A program made the translations under genes and the position numbers. The notes under the pieces were generated by a model that was given only the letters and a program-made list of their open reading frames with translations, did not search any database and had not been told where the DNA came from. Below, one piece after another: positions 52,356 to 64,000 of a stretch of 64,000 nt of DNA; position 1 is the first letter of the stretch; the number at the start of each line of letters is the position of its first letter. Source of the stretch: Camelus ferus (lineage: Eukaryota); contig NC_045696.1 in NCBI RefSeq assembly GCF_009834535.1, positions 95,916,001 to 95,980,000 of the forward strand, read 5' to 3'.

Positions 52356-52685
52356 TTTATCACATCTTCTTTATTGATTCATGTGTTGATGGGCATTTAG
52401 GTTGCTTCCATGTCTTGGCTAATGTAAATAGTGCTGCTATGAACATTGAGGTGCATGTATCTTTTCAAATTAGAGTTGTCTTCTTTTCCAGATATATACA
52501 CCATATGGTGGCTCTATTTTTAGTTTTTTAAGGGGCCTCCATACTGTTCTCCATAGTGGCAGAACCAATTTACATGCACACCATCAGTGGAGAAGGGTTT
52601 CCTTTTCTCCATATTTTCTCCAGCATTTATTACTTGCAGACGTTTTGATGATGACCAATTTGGTGTAAGGTGATACTTCATTGTA
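51938..52685 (-). mobile_element. L1 3' region (ORF2 end + 3'UTR) with internal (TG)n at ~52316-52352, inside an older L1 ORF1 remnant
   Basis: Same family of sequence as 2326-3117, reverse strand. Confidence 0.88.
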
Positions 52686-53237
52686 TAGAGCAATGCCTTT
52701 TACGTTATCAGCGAAAAATCATCTTTGATTTAAAGCTTTTACCCCACCAAACTGTCATTCAGACATAGGAATTGAATATACATTCACATTCAACATGTTT
52801 ACATCCCAGCACTCTTTCTTAAAGAGTTTTAGAGGTTGCTAAACCAAAAGAAGGATGAGATGTAGAAGACAGGAAACACTATGAAGGAAAGCAATGAAAG
52901 AAATCCAAGTAAGACCGCAGTGCTGTAGGATCCTGGAGAGCAACTAGGAGCAACTAGGGCATGTCAGAGGTCCTTGCAGGACATACTCCACAGTAAGCAT
53001 AGCTCTGATATGTTTGAGTAGACAGAAAATATTAATAGAAATTGACAGATATCTTTTAGCACTTGGAGGAAAAATATCAACAGACACATAGAAAACAAAG
53101 TAAATGAGAAAACAGGCATTTATATACTCCAGGGAAAAGACCAAGTGATAATTGTAGACCATTGCTTGGCAAAGCAGAGAATTCTAACAATGTAATAATA
53201 ATGTAAAATTTAGTCTCAAAATTTAACCAAAATTCTT

Positions 53238-54065
53238 TTTGTCTTTTTCATTTATTTTTTTAAATTGAAGAATAGATGAGTTACAATATTCTATTAATTT
53301 CAAGTATACAACATAGTGATTTGGTATTTTCATAGATTATATTCATTTAAAGTTATTACAAAATAATGGCTATGTTTCCCTGTGCTGTACAGTATATCTT
53401 TGTTGCTATTTATTTTATACATAGTAGTTTGTAACTCTCAATCCTATACTCCTATCTTTCCCCTTCCCTCTTCCCTCTCCCCACTGGTAACCACTAGTTT
53501 GTTTTCTATATCTGAGTCTATTTTGTTATATATATTTGTTTGTTTTATTTTTTAGATTCCACAAATAAATGATAACATGGTATTTGCCTTTCTCTTTTGG
53601 GAAACTGGCCAGCATCCAGTGTCATTTCAATCCACCCTCTCTGCCCTGTTTCAGGAGTAAGCAGTCGTGTGTGCACTCCTCACAAGAAAAATCCAAGCTT
53701 CTCACATCTTACCTGTTAGTCCCACTGGCCCACAAAGCAGCCAAGGGTACTCATCTTCCCAGTGTTGAACTCCAGAGCTGGGGTGTCTAATATGTGGCTC
53801 AAACTACTCCCACCTCAGGGAGGTTACTCCACCTGTGTAATCTCCCTCCTTTTCTAAATCCCCTCCCAGGGGCACAGGTCCCAACCTAATCACTTCTCTT
53901 CCCTTCCTACCCAATTCCATGTGGATATTTCTTCCATCCTTGGTTGTACAGGAGTCTTTCTACCAGTCTCAAGTTACTTTTCCGTGAGAATTGTTTACAT
54001 ATAGATGTGTTCATGGGGGAAAGTGAGTTCCATGTTCCCCCCCCTCAACCATCTTGTTCTCCTCC
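53238..54065 (-). mobile_element. Internally deleted or spliced L1: 5'UTR start (54065-53594) fused to 3'UTR (53593-53238)
   Basis: Minus strand starts GGAGGAGAACAAGATGG (L1 5' end, YY1-site type) and switches at CCCAAAAG|AGAAAGGCAAATACCATG to the L1 3' terminus. Flanks match at 14/18 positions. Confidence 0.75.
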
Positions 54066-54341
54066 ATTTTAATCAGAGTTCTTATATAATTCTACTGGAA
54101 GATTGGAGTAGGGGAGTTAGTAGGAGAGGGACTGTGTAAGAGAGGTGAACTTTTTTTTTAAACAAATACAATACCAATAAATGATGTCTAAAATTGATGA
54201 AGATAAAATATATTTAAAGGTGAGCATATTGTTTGGAAACAGAGTAGTACATACTGAAAAAAAGTGGCTAAAAATGTATAGCCTCTACATAATAGGTTAA
54301 AAAATATGCAGAAATATCTCTAATCAAAGTATATTATTTTA

Positions 54342-54484
54342 GGGGGGAGGGTCTAGCTCAGTGGTAGAATGCCTACCTAGCATACATGAATAAGGTCCTG
54401 GGTTCAATCCCCAGTACCTCCATTAAAAAAAACAAAACAAAACAAAAACCTAATTACCTCCATCTTAAAAAAAAAAAAGAACTA
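54342..54484 (+). mobile_element. tRNA-derived SINE (Vic-1-like, camelid)
   Basis: A box TAGCTCAGTGG, B box GGTTCAATCCC, A-rich tail. TSD AAA(G/A)TATATTATTTTA at 54326-54341 and 54485-54500. Confidence 0.88.
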
Positions 54485-55524
54485 AAAATATATTATTTTA
54501 ACAATAAAAAGTATATAAAACAAATTTTAAATCACTAATAGCTTAAAGTATTTCCTCCTTGAAAGGATACAGTTTAACAGGATTAAAGTAGAGTTAGTTT
54601 TAAGAACCCAAATGAGAAGACTATAAGCGGCTTCCCTTGTGTAAATTCTGACTATAGGCGTTTCTGTGTTTATTTTATTTTTAATTATTCAGGTTATATT
54701 GTTAGTTAAAAAAAAAAAAAAAGCAAGAAAGCAAGGAAAGAACAGTATGCACAAAAGATTCCCAGACTTTCATAAGGCTGTAAAGCAGGGTATAAATTTT
54801 AAGAAAAATATGCATTCATATGAATTTATATAAAGGATCTTTGCAAGGATGCAGCAGATATTGGGACAAGTAGTTACCAATGAGGATGAGAACTGGAGTC
54901 TGGAGTTCAGAAATGAGAGGAAGGCTTGCTTTTCTTTATGTACTTCTTTATATTTCTTATTTTAAAATATCTTTATGAATTAATTGGATTTATGTTAACG
55001 TAGGGGAGATTTTGGTCATGGTGAGAAATGTAAGTTAATTACAGCATGTATGTTTTCTATCATGTGAAATATTATATATAAATAAATAATTACATGCATT
55101 TTATAGTTCTGACATAAGATATGCAAGAAAAGGAACAGTTTGCAGCATGGAGATGTAAAGTATTGGTTTCTTTTGGAATATGCTGAGTTTAGTGCCTATG
55201 TGATATCCAGAATCTGGAGTTCATTTAAGTCACTTGAGCTAAAGATAGAGCAAGTGCTGTTAAAGCCATGAGGTCACCCAGGGAAAATTGAAAGAGTGAA
55301 AGGAGTTGGTGAAAGCAGTGGTAACTTAAGAAACAGCACAGGAAAAGAGACTGAGATGAAGGCAACAAATGTGCTAAGAATATTAGTCACAGTAGCTTTC
55401 ACATACACTGTCCTCTCTAAGAAAGGTGATCTGCTTAAGAGACGGTCATAAGTGGCAGTACTTCACTCCCATTGGTCCCCAATTCCTCCCCGCTCCGCAG
55501 CTGTTTGGTTCAGCATGGGCACCA

Positions 55525-55554
55525 GACATACATACATGCATGCACACTTACATC

Positions 55555-55598
<44 letters not shown>
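55525..55598. repeat. (CA)n microsatellite
   Basis: Directly visible. Confidence 0.95.
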
Positions 55599-55601
<3 letters not shown>

Positions 55602-56571
55602 ATTCTATTTTCTATACATGCTTGGCAGGTGGGGAGGGGGGAAAACAGCCATGAATTTCAGAAGAGGGCATGAGGAGGTATTAAGAAGATGAAGTAACAA
55701 GGAAATATAAACACTTTGAAGAAAAAGAGCTAAAAAAGCCAATTGTTAAAAACAGAAAATATAAAATCAGAAACATCCTCCTCCTCACAGAAGTGTGTCA
55801 GCTTTAATGAAGGCACAACTATGAGGAAATCTTGAGAAGTACTCATATAATGTGTTTAAATCCCTTCTAGATTATTATAAGAAAATTGAATTTATGACCT
55901 AGAAAATTAAAGAACTTTGGTGAGCTAACTGATCTCATTGATGTGAAGTTCTAAAGTATGATTATCTTTGACTCAACACAGTTCTATATTATTGCAGACT
56001 TCAACATTTTGTTTGCCTCCCATTCAGTGTAAAGATGTACTGTCTAAAAATTGTTCTGCTTTAACAGGGAAGTCTAGCTTTCAGCATGAGGTTCATAAAG
56101 CATATTATGAATAATTACAGAAAGTCAAAATATGACTAATGTAAGAGAAACTGGTAGCTTATGAATGTTACTTACTGCTCATCATGTCAGATATAACAAG
56201 CTTTAAAATATACCTCAAATATTTTTGAGGATTTGGTTTTTTCAGCCTTAAGCTGAATCATTCCTTCCATACACATTATAAGAATTTCAGCATGATTCCC
56301 ACTGTCTGGAACCAAAGTCCCTCTGCTGTCTTCTCTCTGCAGTGATTCAAATAATTTTTTCTGATAATCTTCACACCTAAAACAGGATGTGGAGGGTTTT
56401 AGTAGTTAAGAACTGAGATGATCCCCAGAGAGAAACTGAATTAATAGTGGATTTCCAGTGTGGATCTGCAAAGTTCCTTTTGAAAGATAGCATATTTATA
56501 GTTTCCAGGGATTAAGATGTGGACATTTTGGAAATCACAGAAAGGAATCTGCTAAAAAAAAAAAATGATTT

Positions 56572-58416
56572 CGAGTTCTGGTCAATATGGCAGAGTGGTA
56601 GGACCACGAGCTTGCCTCTCCTCACGACTACAACGAAACCACAGCTGAATGCTAAACAATCATCAGGAAAAAAAGAGTGGAACCTAGCAAAAAAGATCTT
56701 CTGCAACTGGAAACATAAAGAGGGAACCACAGCAGGATGGTAGGAGGGGCATGCTCGCGATATAATTGGGCCCCATACCCTCTGGGTAGGCTCCCTAGCC
56801 CGGGTTCTGGCATTGGGAAGAGAAGGAGACCCCAGGACATCTGGTTTTGAAGGCCAGGGGGGCTTGGCTCGAGGGGACTTGGCTCTGGGAGCCTCATGGG
56901 CCTAGGGGAAACAGGGATTCCATTCCCTTGGGAAGCATACATGGAATTTTGTGTGTGCCAGGTCCAAGGGCAGAGGCAGTGATTTCATCGGAACCTGGAC
57001 CAGGCCTGCCTGCTGTATTTGGAGGGTCTCCTGAGGATGTGGGGGACAGCTGCAGCCCACTCAGGGGACATAAAAGCTGGTGGTGGACATTCTGGGAGTG
57101 TTCATCTACATGAGCTTTCCTGGAGGCTGACACCTTGATTGGATCATTAGCACCAAGACCTAGCCTCACCCAACAGCCTGTAGGGAAGCCTCAGGCCAAA
57201 CAAGGTAAAGGGTGGGAACACAGCCACACCCATCAGCAGACTTCCCAAGCCACAAACACCTCTAGACAAGGCCCTACCCACCAAGAGTTCCAGGACCAAG
57301 TTTCACCCAGCAGTGGGCAGGCATTGGCTCCTCCTGCCAGGAAACCTGTATAAGCCTCTAGTCCAGCCTCATCCACCAGGGGAAGATACTAGAAATAAGA
57401 AAACAATAATCCGAAAATCTGTGGAAGGAATCCACAAACACATAGAAAGATAGATATGAGGTGGCAAAGGAATATCTCCCAGGCTAAGGCACAAGATAAA
57501 ATCCCAGAAGAAGAAATAAGTGATAAGGAGATAGGTAATTTATCTGAGAAAGTTTAAAGTAATGATGGCCAAGATGTTCCGAGAGCTCAAGAGGAGTATA
57601 GATGCACAGAGTGAAGTTTTTAGCAAAGTTTTTAGCAAAGGGTTGGAAAATATAAAGAATACCCGAACAGAGTTGAAGAATAAAATCCCTGAAATGAACA
57701 ATACACTGGAAGGAACCAAGAATAGACTAAACGAAGGCAGAAGAACAGATCAGTGAGCTAAAAGACAGATTAGTGGAAATCACTACTTAAGAACAGAAAG
57801 AAGAAAAAATAATAAAAAGGAATGAGGATAGTTTAAGAGAACTCTGGGATAACTCGAAGCGCTCTAATATTCACATTATAGGAGTCCCAGAAAGAGAAGA
57901 GAGAGAGAAAGGACCTGAGAAAATTTTTGGAGAGATAATAACCGAAAAACTTCCCCAACTTTGGAAAGGAAACAGTCACCCAAGTCCTGGAAGCACAGAG
58001 AGTACCACACAGAATCAACCTAAAGAGGAACACACCAAGGCACATAGTCATCAAACTGTCAGCAACTAAGGATAAGGAGAAAATATTAAAATTAGCAAGA
58101 GAAAAGCAACAAATAACATACAAGGGAACTCCCATAAGGTTATCAGCTGATTTTTCAGCAGAAACTCTACAGCCAGAAGGGAGTGGCAAGATATATTTAA
58201 AGTGATGAAAGAGGAAACTTAACAACCAAAAATACTCTATCCAGCAAGGTTCTCGTTCAGACTTGATGGAGAAATCAAAAGCTTCACAGATAAATAAAAG
58301 CTAAAAGATTTCAGCACCACCAAACCAGCCTTACAACAAATATTGAAGGACCTTCTCTAGTCATCAAGCCATAAGAGAACAAAAAGAAGAAAGAGGGAAA
58401 AAAAAAAACCTACAAA
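56572..58416 (+). mobile_element. L1 5'UTR + frameshifted ORF1 (~57456-58360) + inter-ORF spacer; no collinear ORF2
   Basis: Starts GAGTTCTGGTCAATATGGCAGAG. ORF1 motifs: ATAGGAGTCCCAGAA (IGVPE), ACACCAAGGCACATAGTCATC (TPRHIVI), ATACTCTATCCAGCAAGG (ILYPAR). Confidence 0.9.
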
Positions 58417-58887
58417 AGATTGCTTTGGCAGTTCGGGGTCTTTTGTGGTTCCTTATAAATTTTGGAATTGTTTGTTCTAGTTCTGTGAGGAATCTTGAGT
58501 ATTTTGATGGGGGTTGCATTGGATCTGTGGATTGCTTTGGGTAGTGTGGCCATTTTGATAGTGTTGATTCTTCCAATCCAAGAGCACAAGAAATCTTTCC
58601 ATTTCTTTGTGTCATTTTAGTTTTCAGAGTATAGGTAACCTCCTTGGTTAAGTTTATTTCTAGGTGTTTCATTGTTTTTGATGTAATGGAAATGTTTATG
58701 CTGGTTATAAAATTCTGGTTTTTGAAGAGAAAAAAAAAATGAAGGGCTGCAAATGGCAAAATATCCTTCTTTCTTATGGGTGAGTTGTATTTCATTACAT
58801 ATATATATTTCATCCCCATTATCCATTCAACTATTGATGTGCACTTAAGGTGCTTCCATGTCTTGGCAATTATAAATAATGTTGCTA
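58417..58887 (-). mobile_element. Two inverted L1 ORF2 fragments (~58417-58710 and ~58745-58887)
   Basis: Minus-strand peptides KHLEINLTKEV and [25 protein letters not shown], plus ORF2 C-terminal sequence. Confidence 0.8.
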
Positions 58888-59056
58888 AATAAATAATAGC
58901 AGGGTGTATGGATTTTTTTAGTTAATTCTTATTTTGTGGTTCGCTTCATTCCTTTGATAACTATGTAAGTTTAAAAAGCTAAAGCTCTAAACCTTGGAAA
59001 CAATGAACAGTACATAAATGTAAATCAAAAAATATATGTGCAGCAAAAATAAAAAA

Positions 59057-59566
59057 GACCTATCAAGCCATGAAAGACATGGAAGAAACTTAAAAGACAT
59101 ATTACTAAATGAAAGAAGCCAGTCTGAAAAGGCTACAATCTGTACGATTCCAACCAAATGACATTCTGGAAAAGGCACAGCTATAGAAACAATAAGTAGA
59201 TCGTGGTTTCCAGTGGTTTGGGGAGAGGGAGGGAGGGAGGAATGATTAGATGGGACACAAGGGATTTTTAGGGCAATGAAATTATTCTGTGTGATACTAT
59301 AGTGGTGGCTACATGTCACTATGCATTTGTCAAAACCCATAGAATGTACAACAGCAAGAGTGAACCCTAATGTAAACTGTGGACTTTGGTTGATAATAAT
59401 GTGCCCATGTTGGTTCATCGATTGTACCAAATATGCCACACTGATGAGGGCTGTTGAAGGTAGGGGAATATATATGTGTGGGTGGGGGAGGGCTATGTGG
59501 GAACTCTGTATTTTCTGCTCAATTCTATAAACCTGAAACTGCTCTGAAAAAAAAAGTCTATTTAAA
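59057..59566 (+). mobile_element. L1MC-type 3'UTR
   Basis: Homologous to 32780-33240 (CTATCAAGCCATGAAAGACATGG...GTAAACTGTGGACTTTGG...AACCTGAAACTGCTCT). Confidence 0.85.
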
Positions 59567-59599
59567 AAGATGTGGACATTTTGGGGGGCCACCACAACA

Positions 59600-60230
59600 G
59601 CTTGTGAGTATGTCAAGCAACCGGAAGTCTTATGTAATATGATGCAAGTATAAATTAGTGAACACTGTAGAAAATGGCTAGCACCTACAAATGCCAAACA
59701 GTTGCATGCCTCTGAGCCAGAATACCACTCTAGACATAAACCCAGGAGAAGTAAGTACATTTGTACCCTGAAAGATATTGAGCAAGAATGTTCACATCAG
59801 TACTATTCATAATAGCTCTAAATTGTAAACTACCCAGATGCTACCAAAAGTAAAACTGAAAACTAAACAGGTATATTCACACAACATATTCCAATGCACT
59901 AATGAGAATGGATGATCTACAAATACACACAGTAATATGGATACACCTCACAAAAATAATGTGAAGCAGAAGAAGCCAGACACAGGAGTACATACTGTAT
60001 GATCCCATTCATAAAGAGTTGAAAAATGAATAAATTCTCTTAGAAGTTCAGATAGTTACTCTTGTGTGGGAGTGACCAGAAGGGAACAAGAGATCAGAAG
60101 AGATGGTAATGTTTTGCTTTTTGTGTTGGTTGTTCACATGTTCAATTTGTGAAAACTTAATTGAGCTGCTCATTTAAAAGATATATATGCTTTTCTGTGT
60201 TTATTTTACACTTCTGTTAAAAAATTTTTA
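59600..60230 (+). mobile_element. Ancient L1 (L1ME-like) 3' end
   Basis: CAAGAATGTTCACA.CAG.ACTATTCATAATAGC and AAGAAGCCAGACACA..AGTACATACTGTATGAT.CCATT. Confidence 0.7.
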
Positions 60231-60235
60231 AACTA

Positions 60236-60317
60236 GGAGGAGGGTAATAGCTCAGTAGTAGAGCACATGCTTAGTATGCATGAGCTCCTGGATTCAATCC
60301 CCAGTGCCTCCATTGAC

Positions 60318-60350
<33 letters not shown>
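60236..60350 (+). mobile_element. tRNA-derived SINE (Vic-1-like) with a pure 32-nt poly(A)
   Basis: TAGCTCAGTAGTAGAGC A box, GGATTCAATCCCC B box. TTAAACTA repeated on both flanks. Confidence 0.88.
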
Positions 60351-60352
<2 letters not shown>

Positions 60353-60606
60353 AAACTATGTTGCTTTGTTGTTGCAGGTGGGATTCCTTTATAAAAATTC
60401 ATTTAGTGCTATGCTTATGATGTGTGCATTCATTTTTAAAAAGTCTTCCTCACTTCCACCCGTAAAATGATGTTACTGACACCCAGCTAAGGGAACAAGG
60501 AACTTATCACTTGTGTCACTAGGACTGGAGCTAACACAGGTTCTGCCAGTTTCACTCAGGTAACACAGGTAACACTCTGAATTCCCTTACTGCTCCTCTT
60601 CTCCCA

Positions 60607-60619
60607 TAGATAGATAGAT

Positions 60620-60674
<55 letters not shown>
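60607..60674. repeat. (GATA)n tetranucleotide microsatellite
   Basis: Directly visible. Confidence 0.97.
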
Positions 60675-60676
<2 letters not shown>

Positions 60677-61019
60677 AAGGCTGTTGAAAAAATTCTAAGT
60701 GAAAGGATTATAACCTGAGAATCATCAAGGATTACTCCTCATTATCTGAGTATTAGAGGAACAACCTGTTAGGTGTTGGGGGAGGGTGGGTGCCAAATTA
60801 CAGATTCATTTTGATGTAATGAGTTTCAAGTGACTGTGAGGCATCTCAAGTTCTGAACTACAAAAAGAGGGATCATATGTGCCCTGCTTACCATCTAGAG
60901 TTTGGGAAGGAATCGAATATGTAAAGACATTCTAAGCCAAAAAGTGTTTAAAAAAAAAAAAACTTGAGCGGAAAACAATTTGCTCTTTCTCTGGTTTTTA
61001 TGAGGAGGTCTTAGTTCTC

Positions 61020-61285
61020 TAGGCAGCAGTCTCGTGCTCGGCCAGTAGCACGCAAACTCCAGGTGGAGTGAATTTACCTAGATGATGAACTTGAGACAAA
61101 GAACCTGGCAGGTCTTGGCTCCTCCCCTTCCTTTTGAGGGCGGGCTCAAGGAAGTTCTCATTCTGAGTCTCCTTCCAGGTTGCAGGAGCAAGCCTCCACG
61201 GCGAGGAAGCCATCCGTTTTGAGGACTGCTTGTGACTTGTGACTCTTCTGTGGTCTCATATGAACTCAGCCAGGACAAGGTAAGA
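61020..61285 (+). promoter_or_regulatory. Candidate promoter / non-coding first exon ending at a consensus splice donor
   Basis: Apparently non-repetitive with several CpGs. GC box GAGGGCGGGC at 61136-61145, ETS motif AGGAAGT at 61149-61155, AAG|GTAAGA donor at 61279/61280. Confidence 0.3.
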
Positions 61286-62006
61286 GTTAAGTCAGTCCCT
61301 AGTTCTACGAGTCTGTACCAGCAGGTACGCTCTTAGCAATATCTACGCCCCTTTCCAATAGGCGTGAGATTTTTCTCCTATCAGCCTGCAATTTTTGTTT
61401 CTATCCCATTTTTTTTTAAAAGAACACTGGCAGAAGAAAAAAGTTTGCTCTTTATTGTGCCCCTTCAAATGCCAATGAAAGCTGAAGTGTTACTGTTCTG
61501 CAAAATATTTCCATTTGTTGTCATTAACAGTCCCTGTAATATATGTTCAGTCCTAATCCCATTTCTCGTTCCCTGAACCCATACTGTATGTGATATCATT
61601 ATAATGGTTTTCAGAGTCCAAGATGTAACTCGCATTTTTCATATGGCATGTAAATTCAATTAGCAAACATTTTATGTGTTACACTTGGGTGATCAAAAGG
61701 GTAATGTTCTTAAATCAGCGTTTGTATCATGGACACTTTCTATCAAATTTTCTTTCTGGAAACTTTCAGGTTCTGCTGCCAGCAATGTTAACAGGAAAAC
61801 AGCGTCAGAGGCTTGTTGATTGTGCTTGTTTAATATAAGAGCTAGATGGTCTTTTTTTTTTTTTACTTTTATATTCTAGTATTTCACATAGATTTAGATT
61901 TCTCATTCCAATTATAACATCATTATTTAAGTGAGGGAGAATAAAAAAATAAAGCAAACAAACAAAAACCATTCAGGTGCTTTCCATTAAGAAAAGGGCC
62001 CCACGC

Positions 62007-64000
62007 CTTTTTTTAAATTGGGATATAATTGACACATATCATTATATTAAATTCAGGTGTATCGCATTCAGTATTTGTATAATGTGAAATGATCACCACA
62101 GTAAGTCTAGTTAATGTCCTTCACTGCATATGGTTACAGTTTTTTTCTTTTTGTGATGAGAAGTTCGAAGATCTATTCTCTTAGCGTAGCAGTTTTCAAA
62201 TATATGATGCAGTATCATTAACTATATAGTAACCATGCTGTAAATTACATCTCCAGGACTTATTTTATAACTGGAACTTTGTACCTTTTGACCCCTTCAC
62301 TCATTTTACCCACCCCTCACCCATCACTTCTGGCAACCACTAGTCGCTTCTTTGTGTCTATGAGTTTGGTTTGTTTTTTGGTTTGTTTTTAAGATTCCAC
62401 ATAAAGTGAGGTCATAAACAGTATTTGTCTTTTTCTCTCTGACATTTCACTTAGCTTAATGTCCTTAATATCCATCAATGTGGCAAGATATTCTATTTAT
62501 GGCTAAATAATATTTCATTGTGTGTGTATATATATATATATAAAGAGAGAGGAGTGTGTGTGTGTGTGTGTATATATATATATGTGTATATATATATCTC
62601 ACTTTTTTTTAATCCATTTATCCATCAGTGGACACTTAGATTGTTTTCATATCTTGACTACTGTCAATAATGCTGCAGTGAACGGGGGAGTGCAGATAAC
62701 TTTTCCAGTTAGTGTTTTTATTTCCTTTGGATAAATACCCACAAGTGGAATTGCTGAATCATATGGTAGTTCTATATTTAACTTTTTGAAGAACCTCCAC
62801 ACTGTTCTCCACAGTGGCTGCACCAATATATATTCCCACCAACAGTTCATGAGGGTTCCCTTTTCTCCACATTCTCACAAACATTTGTCATTTCTTGTCT
62901 TTTTTAATAATAGCTTTTCTAACGCCTGAAGTGATATCTCATTGTGGTTTTGATTTGCATTTCTCTGATGACTAGTGGTATTTAGCATCTTTTTATGTAC
63001 CTGTTGGCCATCTGTATATCTTCTTTGGAAAAATGTCTATTCAAACCCATTGCCAATTTTTTAATCAGATTGTTTGAGTTTTTTGCTAATGAATTGTATA
63101 AGTTTTTTATGTATTTTGGATGTTAAGATATGTTAAGCCCTTATCCAATAAATGATTTGCAAATATTTGCTCCCATTTTATCGTTTGCCTTTTAATTTTG
63201 TTGATGGTTTCCTTTGCTGTGCAGAAGCATCTCGGTTTGATGCCGTCCCACTTGCTTATTTTTACTTTTGTTTTTGCTTTTGGTGTCACATCCAAACAAT
63301 CAAGACCAATGTCAAGGCTCACTGCCTGTTTTTTTTATACGAGTTTTATGGTTTCATGTTCTGCATTCGAGTCTTTCATCCATTTTGAGTTTATTTTTGT
63401 GTTTGTGTAGGATAGTGCTCTAGGTTCATTCTTTTACAAGTAGCTGTCCAGTTTTCCCAATACCATTTACTGAAGAGGCTGTCTTTTCCCCATTGTGTAT
63501 TCTTGCCTCATTTCTTGCAGACTAATTGCCCAGATACATGTGAGTTTATTTATGGGCTCTCTGTTCTCTTCCATTGATCTATGTGTCTGTTTTTATGCCA
63601 GGACCATTCTGTTTTGATTACTGTAGTTTGTAATAGGATTAGAAATTAGGAAGCACAACGCCTCCAGCACTGTTCTTTCTCAGAATTGCTTAAGCTATTG
63701 GGGTCTTTTGTGGTTCAAAGCAAATTTTAGGGTTGTTCTATCCCTGTGAAAATGCCACTGGAATTTGATAAGGGTTGCGTTTTATCTGCAGGTCACTTTG
63801 GCTCGTGTGGACATTTGAGCAATATTCTAATCCATGGCCATTGAGTGTCTTTCCATTTATTTGTGTCATCTGCGATCTCATCAGTGTCTTATCAGTTTCA
63901 GTGTACAGGTCTTTCACCTTTTTGGTTAATTTTATACCAGAATATCTTATTCTTTTTAGTGCAATTGTAAATGGGATCGTTTTCTTAATTTCTCTTTTTG
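62007..64000 (-). mobile_element. L1 3'UTR + ORF2 3' part, running off the window end
   Basis: Minus-strand ORF2 peptides [33 protein letters not shown] and FCTAKETINKIKRQ; T-run at ~62007. Confidence 0.92.

Noticed and set aside
54342..54421. tRNA genes (also 34046 and 60236)
   Set aside because: They have A/B boxes but also A-rich tails, TSDs in two cases and disrupted stems, so they are SINEs.
57456..58360. L1 ORF1 as a functional CDS
   Set aside because: Several frameshifts and stops; only short fragments are open.
58987..59760. 257-aa minus-strand ORF
   Set aside because: It is an antisense reading of L1MC and L1ME 3' sequence that crosses element boundaries; a typical repeat-derived spurious ORF.
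1..64000. CRISPR arrays, operons, rRNA or defence-type systems
   Set aside because: This is mammalian repeat-rich DNA with no regularly spaced repeat-spacer array and no gene-dense region.

Overview
This is AT-rich, CpG-poor mammalian genomic DNA dominated by transposable elements. It is most likely camelid, inferred from three tRNA-derived SINEs resembling the camelid Vic-1 family and no recognisable Alu, Bov-A, PRE-1 or SINEC. The only protein-coding sequence I can identify is an intronless, full-length, uninterrupted 445-codon retrocopy of GDI2 (Rab GDP-dissociation inhibitor beta) on the minus strand. Its CDS is 42727-44064, the whole insertion is about 41959-44085, and it has a perfect 16-bp TSD, AATAAA and a poly(A) remnant. 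The rest is layered repeats: lineage-specific and ancient L1, L2, MIR, MaLR/ERVL/ERV1-type solo LTRs, hAT and Tigger MITEs, and microsatellites. Family names come from recalled consensus sequences, not from a search, and most boundaries are approximate. I found no RNA genes, CRISPR arrays or prokaryote-type systems, and no new multi-gene system I can support. The best leads are: (1) the intact GDI2 retrocopy with substitutions at functionally characterised sites; (2) an ~830-bp L1 derivative made only of 5'UTR joined to 3'UTR at a splice-like junction; (3) a non-canonical ~300-bp 3' tail attached to L1 sequence and seen twice; (4) a 3-kb rearranged L1 composite bounded by a perfect 18-bp direct repeat; (5) a local ~250-bp LTR16 duplication; and (6) a possible promoter/first exon near 61.1-61.3 kb.
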